Shown here: piece by piece, positions 53,601 through 60,886 of the stretch | Layout of the letters: each line of letters begins with the position of its first letter | Numbering within the stretch: the stretch's first letter is position 1 | IMG/VR virus record: IMGVR_UViG_3300050132_000248 | Location: 53,332 to 117,331 of that record | DNA: 64,000 nucleotides | Strand: one strand, 5' to 3' | Source: a virus | The notes under the pieces: generated by a model | Databases searched by the model: none | Told to the model about the DNA's origin: nothing | The model's input: the letters and a program-made list of their open reading frames with translations, nothing else | Program-made: the position numbers and the translations under genes

Positions 53601-54820
53601 GCGTATCCTCTCCATTTAGCAGAGTGAGTTTCAATGGTGTATTAATGTCTGTATTAACACAACCAAGTGAATATGTTGAGAAGAGTATATTCATGAGCCT
53701 ACTTGACAATATGATGGTTAATGAAGGAAAGCTTGTAAATATCACAGACTTTGTAAATAGCAAATATGGAGACAGATGGGAATCTGCAGCCAAGCATAAA
53801 GAAATAGCTGGAAAAATAAAATCTGAAATTGCAGAACTTAAGAAAACACGTTCTATAAATTCAATCAAACATTTGGATGAGAATGGAAATCTTGTTATCC
53901 CGGGATTTGATTTGAATAACACAAAAGAAATAGACCGTCTTACTAATTTAACAAGAAATATAGCAAGGACATCTACCCACGGAAGAACATCTTCTGATAT
54001 TAATCAATTCTCCATGAATGTATGGACCAACTCTATGCAGGTGTTTAAGACATGGATTCCAAAACTTGCAATCTCAAGATTTCAACATTTTGATAAGGTG
54101 GGAGATGACTTCAATGCAAAAATAGGTGATGATGGAAATACAGATGGGGAAAGATGGGATGTAGGTAGACTTAGATTGTTCTGGTATGCATTTAGTCAAC
54201 AAGTAATGGGTAAATCATCTGGTATCATAAGTATTCTGTCAGCCAGTGAAAAGGGTGTAGAAACAATGAATCAAATGTATGATGATTTTGGCAGAGAATA
54301 TGAACAGGGAACAGGAGAGAAAATGACAATGCCTAAGGAAGAATTCTTCGATCTTATAAGAACCAATTTAAGAAATGAGGTGAGAGAACTTGGTGTATTA
54401 TTCTCATTAGCAGGGGCTTTGTTTGCTACAGGATTCTTTGCTCCAGGGAGAGATGATGATAAAGCAGCAAAGAATGCTCATAATTATTATGTTAGAATAA
54501 TGGGAAAGTTTGTTGAACAGCTTTCACTATTCTATAATCCTGTAGAGATTCAGAATGTATTGAGTGGAGGCACATTTCCTGCTCTTGGAATATTTACTGA
54601 TATACAAAAATTCACACATAGTATGGTAATGGAAATTACAGGATTAGACAGTTCCAATCCTACCCTCTCTGCTGATGAGGTGGCAAAGAAAGCTCAACCT
54701 ATAAAATATGGAATGAGTTTATTTCCTATGGGAAAAGCTTTTGTAACTTATATGTCTATGTTTGATGCAGATTTTGCAAAGGAATTTAATGTTAGTGTTT
54801 CTGACAAAAATCAGAAGTAG
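47612..54820 (+). CDS. Large polyvalent virion protein (LPD-like module, two zincin-like EExxH modules, PD-(D/E)xK nuclease domain)
   Basis: 2402 aa; VPGGNNYSE...LGWFRSD...EIQS; EEMVH (49379-49393) and EELIH (50288-50302); AGTLDLIVVDEDGKTNIIDWK at ~51181-51243. Confidence 0.7.
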   Translation: MATCPNKNLKEWKDLVQSRGESIAHYLWDKHKGEVPEKEYGIGQESVIYDLKSVRALRNASIRNFDISKNKGEGFFADLQKQGVPKDQIELVRDILSGYDKLSAKEVATLMENAYKFDVETITSKKDKHPESVAENYALIGNYNYSRHVSYQTGEYIYNKENRTTGKEEIISKQEFDKAINKYNEPENTEHYARLTVPGGNNYSENVIRTPGITVLPDIYTDHEGDFNQQRGDMLGWFRSDDMIDKSSEAIALRTEARKTNDYSIAKTIRRVLEIQSKFQKARDYKSYVSNEKEERQVLLDKNETFYKFTLNNDEYNIDSTRGKTYFKNGENIDSKDYVSAYQSRLKQILPKSSSSKESFIQLLAKDNNWVTFFIKSILQDSAKKGYEKVLFPRGETAAKVEGHQLVADELVRLNENIKESKAKIKEIEDKKDEYFDWSKEILLKNENEKLEGLERRFKEYKEQGIEKLAPIEAFYEKALTNILKKTYGDDIRKVKDEYGNEWNEVNIKQERDLEPILLQKAEMPVSKASPETLSKVREVVKKMGVNLQNLSDYLKGNPNVQAKGANALTDLLHGIIAIAEGKENIALTEEMVHVATSILEQKDPMLVTEMIGKIDRFSIYKKTLNEYRNDVNYQTKDGKPDIRKIKKEAVDKLITELIVNKNEGNTEFPELRDETNKSIIRQWWNKILDWFRGQYKKANVDVFNEATNKVMNNNLGTINDINNNQIYLQNEFTKIQPETSYRRGENVNLPKNFEILWDRSTDGNKLQRHRGIYNSLGSYNSNTIFGETNWTSLRKEFNDKLNSSDMEREQLFTHTLISLIRSTYGNTFNKGLAGKLSGFRYVIVDNPKMSPIYTRGSDICLNINKESSFIDHIFNNAKEGNEWNLLDTMVSEELIHLVSSKLSTPKETTDAYNELTQDDKVQILQTYFHDNNLVNTTLLKPYQYVHEYVRMQIQKKVLGWTTEETRTTLKKIIDKVWNYLKDLLPKYTSLRSIYDKTLNFIEKGEGELNENSSNEILGLPQIVSDAQKKIQEGILATPNTIRKVYKPGKSDPMFQDTEEADNWYERLINGKWDANGVKKRVTDRVKTWFKQRFPDKEFTPAEKTKNELKRQFGVRYHTFLDEIHQRYFNGDGTKRDVTDERPTINDPIDARVYDLLDRFYSKFTEQFFKDGKTPLVFSERIIYDPKQKEAGTLDLIVVDEDGKTNIIDWKFLEVGKGKDDIARFKQGAFQIQLGRYKEMLKDAYGIKSFGMTRAIPFLLKIDRENPNDEKSPYVIKGITAGNVDTTQIKDLRLMPVSEETESTGDENRDKIIVKLNAMMKQFAKEKTTNEEDREYKIERLNTIRRAIREIQGKGTYDTLIKTIKSLKKQGDNIISDWTSLYKNRVPSDEDVKDEDLSDFAIGLREYRDVATTVSDFSNTLRKLLYDNDKKEDVVKGGKELSDDIRDEIENIRESFDDVKGIINEFCDKFIGLRNLVSGILKPERVLKGLMATFGNITQISLRSVRILSKMVTEANLSASRTAFDQVSELMGIREKLLKKGGNIHNIVRQIYQKDDAGKIVNKLIYRYSGEFYDKLKENAQDGKQDKKWIRDNIDIVAYKKAAKEVLERSIRHYERQYKDDKDMMNSLIKQEVQRWDIDGDIINTIKGYKDYSKKKFTGWTNYLIDNYPLEKWESEEYKNLKKDEDLFSLYNFITRINEEARGVGYIDGAVRNTFLPFIRRSTAEALAWGLNPSVVSSWFDKLTLNADIKGDKRNELSGEMERSIPKYYTYDFTRKEDGTHDYSDVSEEIFKNMVLYINHMQKYKNLKHIEGQIQLLKTVEEFKGHLKTNKIGDVGEAEVLKDNDENVKTLNKFINATIYGDKYSNSDTDIPIPIHPFNAMGKLINRVAGREVFDVEEHPDPYSLIKCMDALNSYFRIKTLGFNVVSGAAVYFGSNMQVLSQAGKYFTEGEFLANTMKLLKSNRFINDDDRKMFLQLIDTFVPIRADRMDAQVRKAGVSSPFSRVSFNGVLMSVLTQPSEYVEKSIFMSLLDNMMVNEGKLVNITDFVNSKYGDRWESAAKHKEIAGKIKSEIAELKKTRSINSIKHLDENGNLVIPGFDLNNTKEIDRLTNLTRNIARTSTHGRTSSDINQFSMNVWTNSMQVFKTWIPKLAISRFQHFDKVGDDFNAKIGDDGNTDGERWDVGRLRLFWYAFSQQVMGKSSGIISILSASEKGVETMNQMYDDFGREYEQGTGEKMTMPKEEFFDLIRTNLRNEVRELGVLFSLAGALFATGFFAPGRDDDKAAKNAHNYYVRIMGKFVEQLSLFYNPVEIQNVLSGGTFPALGIFTDIQKFTHSMVMEITGLDSSNPTLSADEVAKKAQPIKYGMSLFPMGKAFVTYMSMFDADFAKEFNVSVSDKNQK

Positions 54821-54883
54821 GTTTTTAGCTATATTATGCAAAAATTTAAAAATTAAAGCTATTAATTGTATTAAAAATAATCG

Positions 54884-54891
54884 TACATTTG
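54884..54891 (+). promoter_or_regulatory. Bacteroidota sigma70 -7 element TACATTTG
   Basis: Exact consensus, 22 nt before the ATG at 54914, at the head of the lysis region. Confidence 0.65.
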
Positions 54892-54913
54892 TTAATCCTT
54901 AAAAACAGAAATC

Positions 54914-55057
54914 ATGTCATACATACCGCAAGAAACAGGATGGAGCCTTGAAGCTAAATTGCTTGATCAAATCCTCAAGGAAATAAAGAGACTTCAAACA
55001 ATTGTCTCTAAAGGAATAACATATCCAACCACAACTACAACTACAACTCATCCGTAA
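54914..55057 (+). CDS. 47-aa protein with a C-terminal poly-Thr tail (not in the ORF track)
   Basis: MSYIPQETGWSLEAKLLDQILKEIKRLQTIVSKGITYPTTTTTTTHP; directly follows the promoter element. Confidence 0.7.
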   Translation: MSYIPQETGWSLEAKLLDQILKEIKRLQTIVSKGITYPTTTTTTTHP

Positions 55058-55068
55058 AACTATAAAAT

Positions 55069-55626
55069 ATGGATAAAGAAGAAAAATCATATGATCCTTC
55101 ATTAAATGTTAAAGAACTATTAATTAACGCGATTAATCGTATTGATGACTTATCCAAAGCTGAATCAAAACGGATAGATGAAAAATTCAGAGATAGCGAT
55201 ATAAAATATCAAATACAATTTACTTCTGCAAAAGAAGCCGTTAGTATTGCTTCAATAGCACAAGAAAAATTAGTAGCACAAGCTCTTGATGGAACTAAAG
55301 AGGAAATCTCCAAAGCTGATCTAAATACTGATAAGAGATTTTCTTTATTATCAGAAAAAATAGATGGAATAACAACTCAAATGAATAAAAGTAGTGGTGA
55401 AAGAGGAATTTATGTTACTCATTCTGATTTAGAGAATGCTATGGATAAATTACAAAATTCTATTGAAGCTACCTTACGACCAGTAGTAAATTTTATGAAT
55501 AGTCAAACTGGACAGAGTAAAGCACAGAATCAGATATGGGGATATATGTTTGGAGGACTAATGTTAATAATAGCCATACTTACATATTTTTCTGCTCATC
55601 CTATTGTTTCACAAATAGCACGATAA
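55069..55626 (+). CDS. Coiled-coil protein with a C-terminal transmembrane helix
   Basis: 185 aa; the hydrophobic segment IWGYMFGGLMLIIAILTYF lies near the C-terminus. Confidence 0.6.
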   Translation: MDKEEKSYDPSLNVKELLINAINRIDDLSKAESKRIDEKFRDSDIKYQIQFTSAKEAVSIASIAQEKLVAQALDGTKEEISKADLNTDKRFSLLSEKIDGITTQMNKSSGERGIYVTHSDLENAMDKLQNSIEATLRPVVNFMNSQTGQSKAQNQIWGYMFGGLMLIIAILTYFSAHPIVSQIAR

Positions 55627-55639
55627 AATAATCTTAATC

Positions 55640-55933
55640 TTGAATATTATGAAAACAAAAATTGTATTATTGTCTCTATTAGCTTTACCATTATTGACGA
55701 CAGCATCACCCTTGTTGGTTGTAATTTCTATTACAGGAATTCTGTATTTCCTTCTATGGGCAGTTATTGTTTGTTCATTCGCATGGCTCCTTTGGTGGTT
55801 GGTAGGTAAACTTCCTTTTGGTACTACAGCACAACAGATATTACGATGGGGATTGATTGTTATAGCAATTATCGTTGTAATTCTTATCCTGATTAATTTT
55901 GTTAGTGGTGGGAATGCTGTAACTTTTAGATAA
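55640..55933 (+). CDS. Membrane protein, holin-like candidate (start probably ATG 55649)
   Basis: Three hydrophobic segments; immediately upstream of the endolysin. Confidence 0.55.
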   Translation: MNIMKTKIVLLSLLALPLLTTASPLLVVISITGILYFLLWAVIVCSFAWLLWWLVGKLPFGTTAQQILRWGLIVIAIIVVILILINFVSGGNAVTFR

Positions 55934-55938
55934 AAATT

Positions 55939-56394
55939 ATGATAACACCTGAAGATTGTATTGCAAAATATGGACCATCTGATTTAACTTTTGAGAAAAA
56001 GTGGATGACTCTCTATATTGTTCCTGATGATATAAGGAAAGCAATTCCTGCATTACCTGGTAGAATTTATATGAATAAGGACTTTGTAAAGCCTTTTGAA
56101 GCAGCGTTATATGATTTGTGTGAAAGCGGTGGTTCAGAAGCCTTTCAGGAATTTGGAGGATGTTTTAATAGGAGACTACAACGTGGAACAGGTATAAATG
56201 GTATTCCTGCAGTTTGGTCTATTCATTCATGGGGAATTGCTGTAGATACAAATGTACCAACAAATCTAGAATTTCAACCAAGTCATCAACCTCCAATATT
56301 AGTGGCCGTCTTTAAAGACAATGGTTTTGATTGGGGTGGTGATTTTAATCCAGGTAGATTGGATCCAATGCATTTCCAATTATCAAAAATTTAA
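55939..56394 (+). CDS. Endolysin, M15-family (L-Ala-D-Glu-type) Zn peptidase
   Basis: FNRR...WSIHSWGIAVDTN...WGGDF...DPMHFQ contains the SxHxxGxAxD and terminal His motifs of M15 peptidases. Confidence 0.9.
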   Translation: MITPEDCIAKYGPSDLTFEKKWMTLYIVPDDIRKAIPALPGRIYMNKDFVKPFEAALYDLCESGGSEAFQEFGGCFNRRLQRGTGINGIPAVWSIHSWGIAVDTNVPTNLEFQPSHQPPILVAVFKDNGFDWGGDFNPGRLDPMHFQLSKI

Positions 56395-56397
56395 ATA

Positions 56398-56727
56398 ATG
56401 GAAACAACAGATATTACTAAACTATCCAGTGTTTTAAGATTTATTCTATCATTTGTAGTAATACTTTTTACATTGGGATGGTTTGTCACTCTATTCTGGA
56501 AAATAATTCCTCCAGATAACAAGGATGTTATTAACTTTGCATCAGGTATTATTCTTGGGCAAGGATGGGTGAAGATAGTAAGTTGGTGGTTTCCTTCTGA
56601 TATAAGTTCAGAACATAAAACAGATTTATTATATAACTCTACTCCCAATGTATCTTTAGAAACTCCAGGAACACAGACAGAATCAAAGACAGAAAAAACA
56701 ATTAAAACTGATACTCCTTTAACATGA
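56398..56727 (+). CDS. Holin-like protein with two transmembrane segments
   Basis: Two TM segments and a charged C-terminal tail, directly after the endolysin. Confidence 0.6.
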   Translation: METTDITKLSSVLRFILSFVVILFTLGWFVTLFWKIIPPDNKDVINFASGIILGQGWVKIVSWWFPSDISSEHKTDLLYNSTPNVSLETPGTQTESKTEKTIKTDTPLT

Positions 56728-56879
56728 AAGAACAATTGAAACAAGGAAAATTAGCTCAGCAAATTCTGTTGGATATGTTGAATGGTGTAAAGGATATTTA
56801 TCCTGAACGTCTAAAACAAGCTGGTTTAAAAATGAAAGAAACTCCAAAAGATTCGTTAACTAACAACTGGTCATTATGA
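56724..56879 (+). CDS. 51-aa hypothetical protein (not in the ORF track)
   Basis: MKEQLKQGKLAQQILLDMLNGVKDIYPERLKQAG...; overlaps both neighbouring genes by 4 nt (ATGA-type coupling at each end). Confidence 0.6.
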   Translation: MKEQLKQGKLAQQILLDMLNGVKDIYPERLKQAGLKMKETPKDSLTNNWSL

Positions 56880-57616
56880 GAACATTGAAATTTGGTAAAC
56901 AAGCGCCTAAACTTGATAGTAGAACATTGATGTTAAGTAACTATTTAACTCCATCTTTAACACCTCCTCCTGCATCCTTGGATAATTTGGCAAGGATATA
57001 TTCTAATCTAAAAATCTCTGATCCTACAAAATTATTTCCCATGGATGACAATGATCAATATGGTGATTGCACGATAGCTGGTATTTCTCATGCTGACACA
57101 GTTTATAAAGGATTGATTGGAAAGAAGAGTATTTTGAGTAGTAGAAAGGTGTTAAAACTCTATCTTAAACTTACAGGAGGAGAGGATACAGGACTTAATG
57201 AACTTGATGTATTAAACTATTGGCATAAAAACTCTGTAAATGGAGATAAAATAGATGCATATGTTTCTATTGATCATAAGAATCATACTAATATAATGCA
57301 AGCTATTAGATTATTTGGAGGTGCTTATATAGGATTTCAGGTACAGGAAAACTGTATTCAGGAATTTGATGCACATGAACCATGGACTCCAGGAACATTA
57401 ACACAAGACGGTCATGCTGTATATGTAGTAGCTTATGATAATATTGGTGTAACTGTTCTTACATGGGGTAATACTCAAAAAGGTACATGGGCTTGGTGGG
57501 ATGAATGTGTGGATGAAGCTTATGCTATTCTTCCTCCTGAGGCAGAGAATACCGTCTTTGAACCAGGATTTAATTTTGCTCAATTACAAGTTGATCTCAA
57601 TCTATTAAAAAAATAA
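56876..57616 (+). CDS. Papain-like (C1-related) cysteine peptidase
   Basis: NDQYGDCTIAG (catalytic Cys), GHAVYVVAYD (His), and TWG at the position of the NSWG motif. Confidence 0.75.
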   Translation: MRTLKFGKQAPKLDSRTLMLSNYLTPSLTPPPASLDNLARIYSNLKISDPTKLFPMDDNDQYGDCTIAGISHADTVYKGLIGKKSILSSRKVLKLYLKLTGGEDTGLNELDVLNYWHKNSVNGDKIDAYVSIDHKNHTNIMQAIRLFGGAYIGFQVQENCIQEFDAHEPWTPGTLTQDGHAVYVVAYDNIGVTVLTWGNTQKGTWAWWDECVDEAYAILPPEAENTVFEPGFNFAQLQVDLNLLKK

Positions 57617-57653
57617 TATTATAATAATTATTCACTCTTAAAATTCAAATAAA

Positions 57654-57905
57654 ATGGAAAATGTTCAAAAAATAGTAGTTGGTAAAAACTACTCAGTAAA
57701 TCATGATGCCACAGTACTTGATCCTAAAACAGGAACACAAGTATCAGCAAAAGATGTTCTTTGTGCAGAAGCACCTGCAGCCATTCTAGCACTTCAGGCA
57801 GCAGAAGCTTTAACTCAGAATATTTTTATGAAGATGCTATATGGAACTATAGCTTCAGCTATACAAGGTTTGTTAGCTGTATTATGTCCACCAACGGTAA
57901 AATAA
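57654..57905 (+). CDS. Hypothetical protein, 83 aa
   Basis: A-rich leader (AAATAAAATG) and tight packing with the next gene. Confidence 0.55.
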   Translation: MENVQKIVVGKNYSVNHDATVLDPKTGTQVSAKDVLCAEAPAAILALQAAEALTQNIFMKMLYGTIASAIQGLLAVLCPPTVK

Positions 57906-57908
57906 ACT

Positions 57909-58532
57909 ATGAAAGTAAACTGGTTGCATATAGTCCTGATATTCATAATTGGGGCAATTAGCATGGGATGGGGTCTGACTAAATGTTCAGGTGATAAGCA
58001 ATTAAAAACTGCAAAAAAATCAACCTCTGACATTCAGATCCTTTACACCAGTTTACTAAAAGCGAGGAATACTACAATAGTTATTCATTCGTCTTATCCT
58101 ATTCTCTATCCAGATTCAATCTTTCCACCTCCAAAAATAATTACATTTACAAAAACAGATACAAGTTGCAATTCTACATCTACTCAAGACTTCACCTATG
58201 GTAAATTATCTTTTACACTTGATGAACTCATTCATAATTGTTATCCTTATGAGAGACACATCCGTAAATTAAAGATTCCTGTAGATTCAGTTGAAACTTG
58301 CTGGACTAATACAATACATGATACAGTTCCTATTTATCATCCTAAAACTCATTATCTTGTTGGAGGAAGTTTAATAGGTTCAGATTTTAAGAGATTTCCT
58401 AATTTTGATTTGAATGCAGGAATCAGTTTAGGAGATATTATTATTATCAGAATAGGTGGAGAGTACAATATTTATCATTCAGAACTATATGGTAAATTAG
58501 GAATTGACATCATTTTAGACAAACGTAAATAA
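57909..58532 (+). CDS. Spanin-like candidate (N-terminal membrane anchor, C-terminal amphipathic beta strands)
   Basis: 207 aa; N-terminal hydrophobic helix followed by LTKC; at the end of the lysis cassette. Confidence 0.45.
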   Translation: MKVNWLHIVLIFIIGAISMGWGLTKCSGDKQLKTAKKSTSDIQILYTSLLKARNTTIVIHSSYPILYPDSIFPPPKIITFTKTDTSCNSTSTQDFTYGKLSFTLDELIHNCYPYERHIRKLKIPVDSVETCWTNTIHDTVPIYHPKTHYLVGGSLIGSDFKRFPNFDLNAGISLGDIIIIRIGGEYNIYHSELYGKLGIDIILDKRK

Positions 58533-58560
58533 TTATTAACTAACACTAAATTAATTTATT

Positions 58561-58854
58561 ATGGCACAAAATCACGGGGCATTACTTAATGGCACAACAG
58601 ATATAGTTGGTGCTATCGCCAGTTTCAATATTGGAATTGACACAAATTACGGAATAACTCTTCAGGCAGGAACAGTTGCTGTAGATGTATTCTCTGCTCA
58701 AGCAGATGGATTGTTACCTGCAACTCTTTATCATTATCAAGCTGTTATTATAGTGAATAGTGTAACATATTTAGGAAATGATGTAACATTTATAACATTA
58801 GCTGACTCCCCTATTCCTACTGTTTCTACACTTGATGCTACTAACATCACATAA
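58561..58854 (+). CDS. Single FN3-like repeat protein
   Basis: LNG...FNIGIDTNYG...DGLLPATLYHYQAV...YLGNDVTFITL...PTVSTLDATNIT matches FN3-like repeat units. Confidence 0.55.
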   Translation: MAQNHGALLNGTTDIVGAIASFNIGIDTNYGITLQAGTVAVDVFSAQADGLLPATLYHYQAVIIVNSVTYLGNDVTFITLADSPIPTVSTLDATNIT

Positions 58855-58855
58855 T

Positions 58856-58975
58856 ATGTGGATTATTTCAGCGATATTTTTGGCTCTCCTGATAGGATGG
58901 TGGTTTGGCAACAAACATGGTCATCATATCAGGAGACCAAAAGTTCGCACTAAAAAAGCAACCAATGTTTTCTAA
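58856..58975 (+). CDS. 39-aa single-TM basic peptide (not in the ORF track)
   Basis: MWIISAIFLALLIGWWFGNKHGHHIRRPKVRTKKATNVF; ATG 1 nt after the previous stop. Confidence 0.5.
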   Translation: MWIISAIFLALLIGWWFGNKHGHHIRRPKVRTKKATNVF

Positions 58976-58988
58976 TTAAATCAACTAC

Positions 58989-60002
58989 ATGTTTAAGCAA
59001 GAAGAAATAGGAAGAATTGCACAACAGGCTTGTATTGATCATCCTGATATGAGATCATCAGCCCTAGCAGAAATGCTCAAAAAGAAATATCCTAAAATAT
59101 TTAAATCTACAGAACAAGCAAGAACAAGAATTAGATTTTACAGAGGAAAGCATGGAAAAGAACATAGAAAATATTTAAAGAGTGAAATAATACAATATAA
59201 ACCATTAGGTAAGCCTATTGAAACTCCAAAGGTGTTGCTGATAGACGTTGAAACATTACCTAATTCAGCATGGACATGGGGAATATGGCAACAGAACATA
59301 CATCTGGAACAACTTATTAGGAGTGGCTGTCTATTATCATTTTCTTGTAAGTATTTATTTGAACCTGAAGTGTTCTCTGAAATACTCACTCCTCAAGAAG
59401 CAATAGATCATAATGATGAGAGACTTGTTAAATTGGCATGGAAGTGGTTAGAGGATGTAGAAATACTTATTGCTCATAATGGGAAAGCTTTTGATACACA
59501 ATATCTTAACTCAAGATTCATAGTTCATAACTTACCACCACCAGCACCATATAAAATTATTGACACTCTTAATATTCGTAAGGTAACAAGATTTCCAATG
59601 AATAGTCTAAAGTTCTTATGTAAGGAATTAGGACTTAGAGAAAAGATAGATAATGATGGTTTTGAACTTTGGGCAGGATGTGAACATGGTGAACAAGAGG
59701 CTTTAGATGAGATGTTAGAATACAACAAAGGAGATGTGTTAGCATTGGAAGACTTATATGTAAGAATAAGAACATGGTTACCAAATCATCCCAATCTCTC
59801 CTTATATGTAGAAGGAAAAGATGCTATATGTGGAAGATGCTTATCAAAGAAGGAAATGGAATATGTTGGAGATTATGCTACTAATGTAAACTTATTTAAG
59901 AGTTATCGTTGTTCAGAGTGTGGATCAATATCAAGAGTTAGACTCTCATCTACACCAAGGAGTAAAAAGCCTAATTTGTTAATTAATACATCAGTACAAT
60001 AA
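58989..60002 (+). CDS. RNase H-like (DnaQ/RNase_H_2) 3'-5' exonuclease with a C-terminal Zn ribbon
   Basis: LLIDVETLP (ExoI), IAHNGKAFD (ExoII), YNKGDV (ExoIII), then CGRC...CSECG. Confidence 0.85.
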   Translation: MFKQEEIGRIAQQACIDHPDMRSSALAEMLKKKYPKIFKSTEQARTRIRFYRGKHGKEHRKYLKSEIIQYKPLGKPIETPKVLLIDVETLPNSAWTWGIWQQNIHLEQLIRSGCLLSFSCKYLFEPEVFSEILTPQEAIDHNDERLVKLAWKWLEDVEILIAHNGKAFDTQYLNSRFIVHNLPPPAPYKIIDTLNIRKVTRFPMNSLKFLCKELGLREKIDNDGFELWAGCEHGEQEALDEMLEYNKGDVLALEDLYVRIRTWLPNHPNLSLYVEGKDAICGRCLSKKEMEYVGDYATNVNLFKSYRCSECGSISRVRLSSTPRSKKPNLLINTSVQ

Positions 60003-60033
60003 GTGTTTTTCATAAGTAATAAGTGTTTTTCAT

Positions 60034-60261
60034 ATGATAACTCATTCTGTAAAAGGTAAGAGACATATATTAGGAATGAATGAGGAAGATTTTCAAATCT
60101 TTGCAGAGGTGATATGGTTAATACAACATGGAGTTCCTTCTATTGGATTTAATCGAAAACCTTTAACTCCTAAACAACAAAAAATAGTTGAAGAAATATT
60201 TTCAAGATTTAGCTATGACGATAATTTTGGAATTTATTTAAATAGAATGACAGGACAGTAA
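60034..60261 (+). CDS. Hypothetical protein, 75 aa
   Basis: The ORF fills the gap between the exonuclease and HNH genes; no recognisable motif. Confidence 0.5.
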   Translation: MITHSVKGKRHILGMNEEDFQIFAEVIWLIQHGVPSIGFNRKPLTPKQQKIVEEIFSRFSYDDNFGIYLNRMTGQ

Positions 60262-60281
60262 TAAATGTAACAAAAATGTAC

Positions 60282-60289
60282 TAAATTTG
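60282..60289 (+). promoter_or_regulatory. Bacteroidota sigma70 -7 element TAAATTTG
   Basis: Exact consensus, 15 nt before the HNH ATG. Confidence 0.55.
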
Positions 60290-60304
60290 TGACAAAATTT
60301 AAAT

Positions 60305-60886
60305 ATGACAAAAGAAATTAACTACGTCATGGAGGAATCTGAAATTTGGAAAGATATTTCAGGATATGAAGGAATATATCAGATAAGTAATTTAGGAAGA
60401 GTTAAATCTCTTTCCAGATATACAAAGAATGGAGGAGGAGTATTGTGTTTAAGAAAAGAAACTTTTCTCACTCATTCTCTTTCTGCTAAAGGATATCATA
60501 GAGTGAAGTTATATAAAGATGATGGTAAAATAAAACATACTTTTTCTATTCATAAATTGGTAGCTCTTTCTTTTTTGGATAATTCTCATAATCTTCCTGA
60601 GATTAACCATAAAGATGGAATAAAAGACAATAATAGAAAGAGTAATCTTGAATGGTGTACCAGATCTCATAATATTAGAGAAACTTATAAGTTACATTTA
60701 AGACCTGAAAATACATATAAAGGGAGTGGAAATAAAATGGCAAAATTGACAGAAGAACAAGTTCTACAAATTAGAGAAAGATACTCTAAAGGAGAGATAT
60801 TTCAAACAGAATTAGCTAAAGAATATCATGTTGTTCATAGTTTAATAGGAATGATTATTAACAGAAAAATTTGGAATCATATATGA
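60305..60886 (+). CDS. Free-standing NUMOD4-HNH homing endonuclease
   Basis: EIWKDISGYEGIYQISNLGRVKS (NUMOD4); IHKLVA...INHKDGIKDNNRKSNLEWCT (HNH); C-terminal HTH (KLTEEQVLQIR). Confidence 0.92.
   Translation: MTKEINYVMEESEIWKDISGYEGIYQISNLGRVKSLSRYTKNGGGVLCLRKETFLTHSLSAKGYHRVKLYKDDGKIKHTFSIHKLVALSFLDNSHNLPEINHKDGIKDNNRKSNLEWCTRSHNIRETYKLHLRPENTYKGSGNKMAKLTEEQVLQIRERYSKGEIFQTELAKEYHVVHSLIGMIINRKIWNHI

Noticed and set aside
34144-53922. Many 60-150 aa minus-strand or alternative-frame ORFs inside the two giant genes
   Set aside because: They are fully nested, hydrophobic antisense translations of A-rich codons, with no promoter or motif support.
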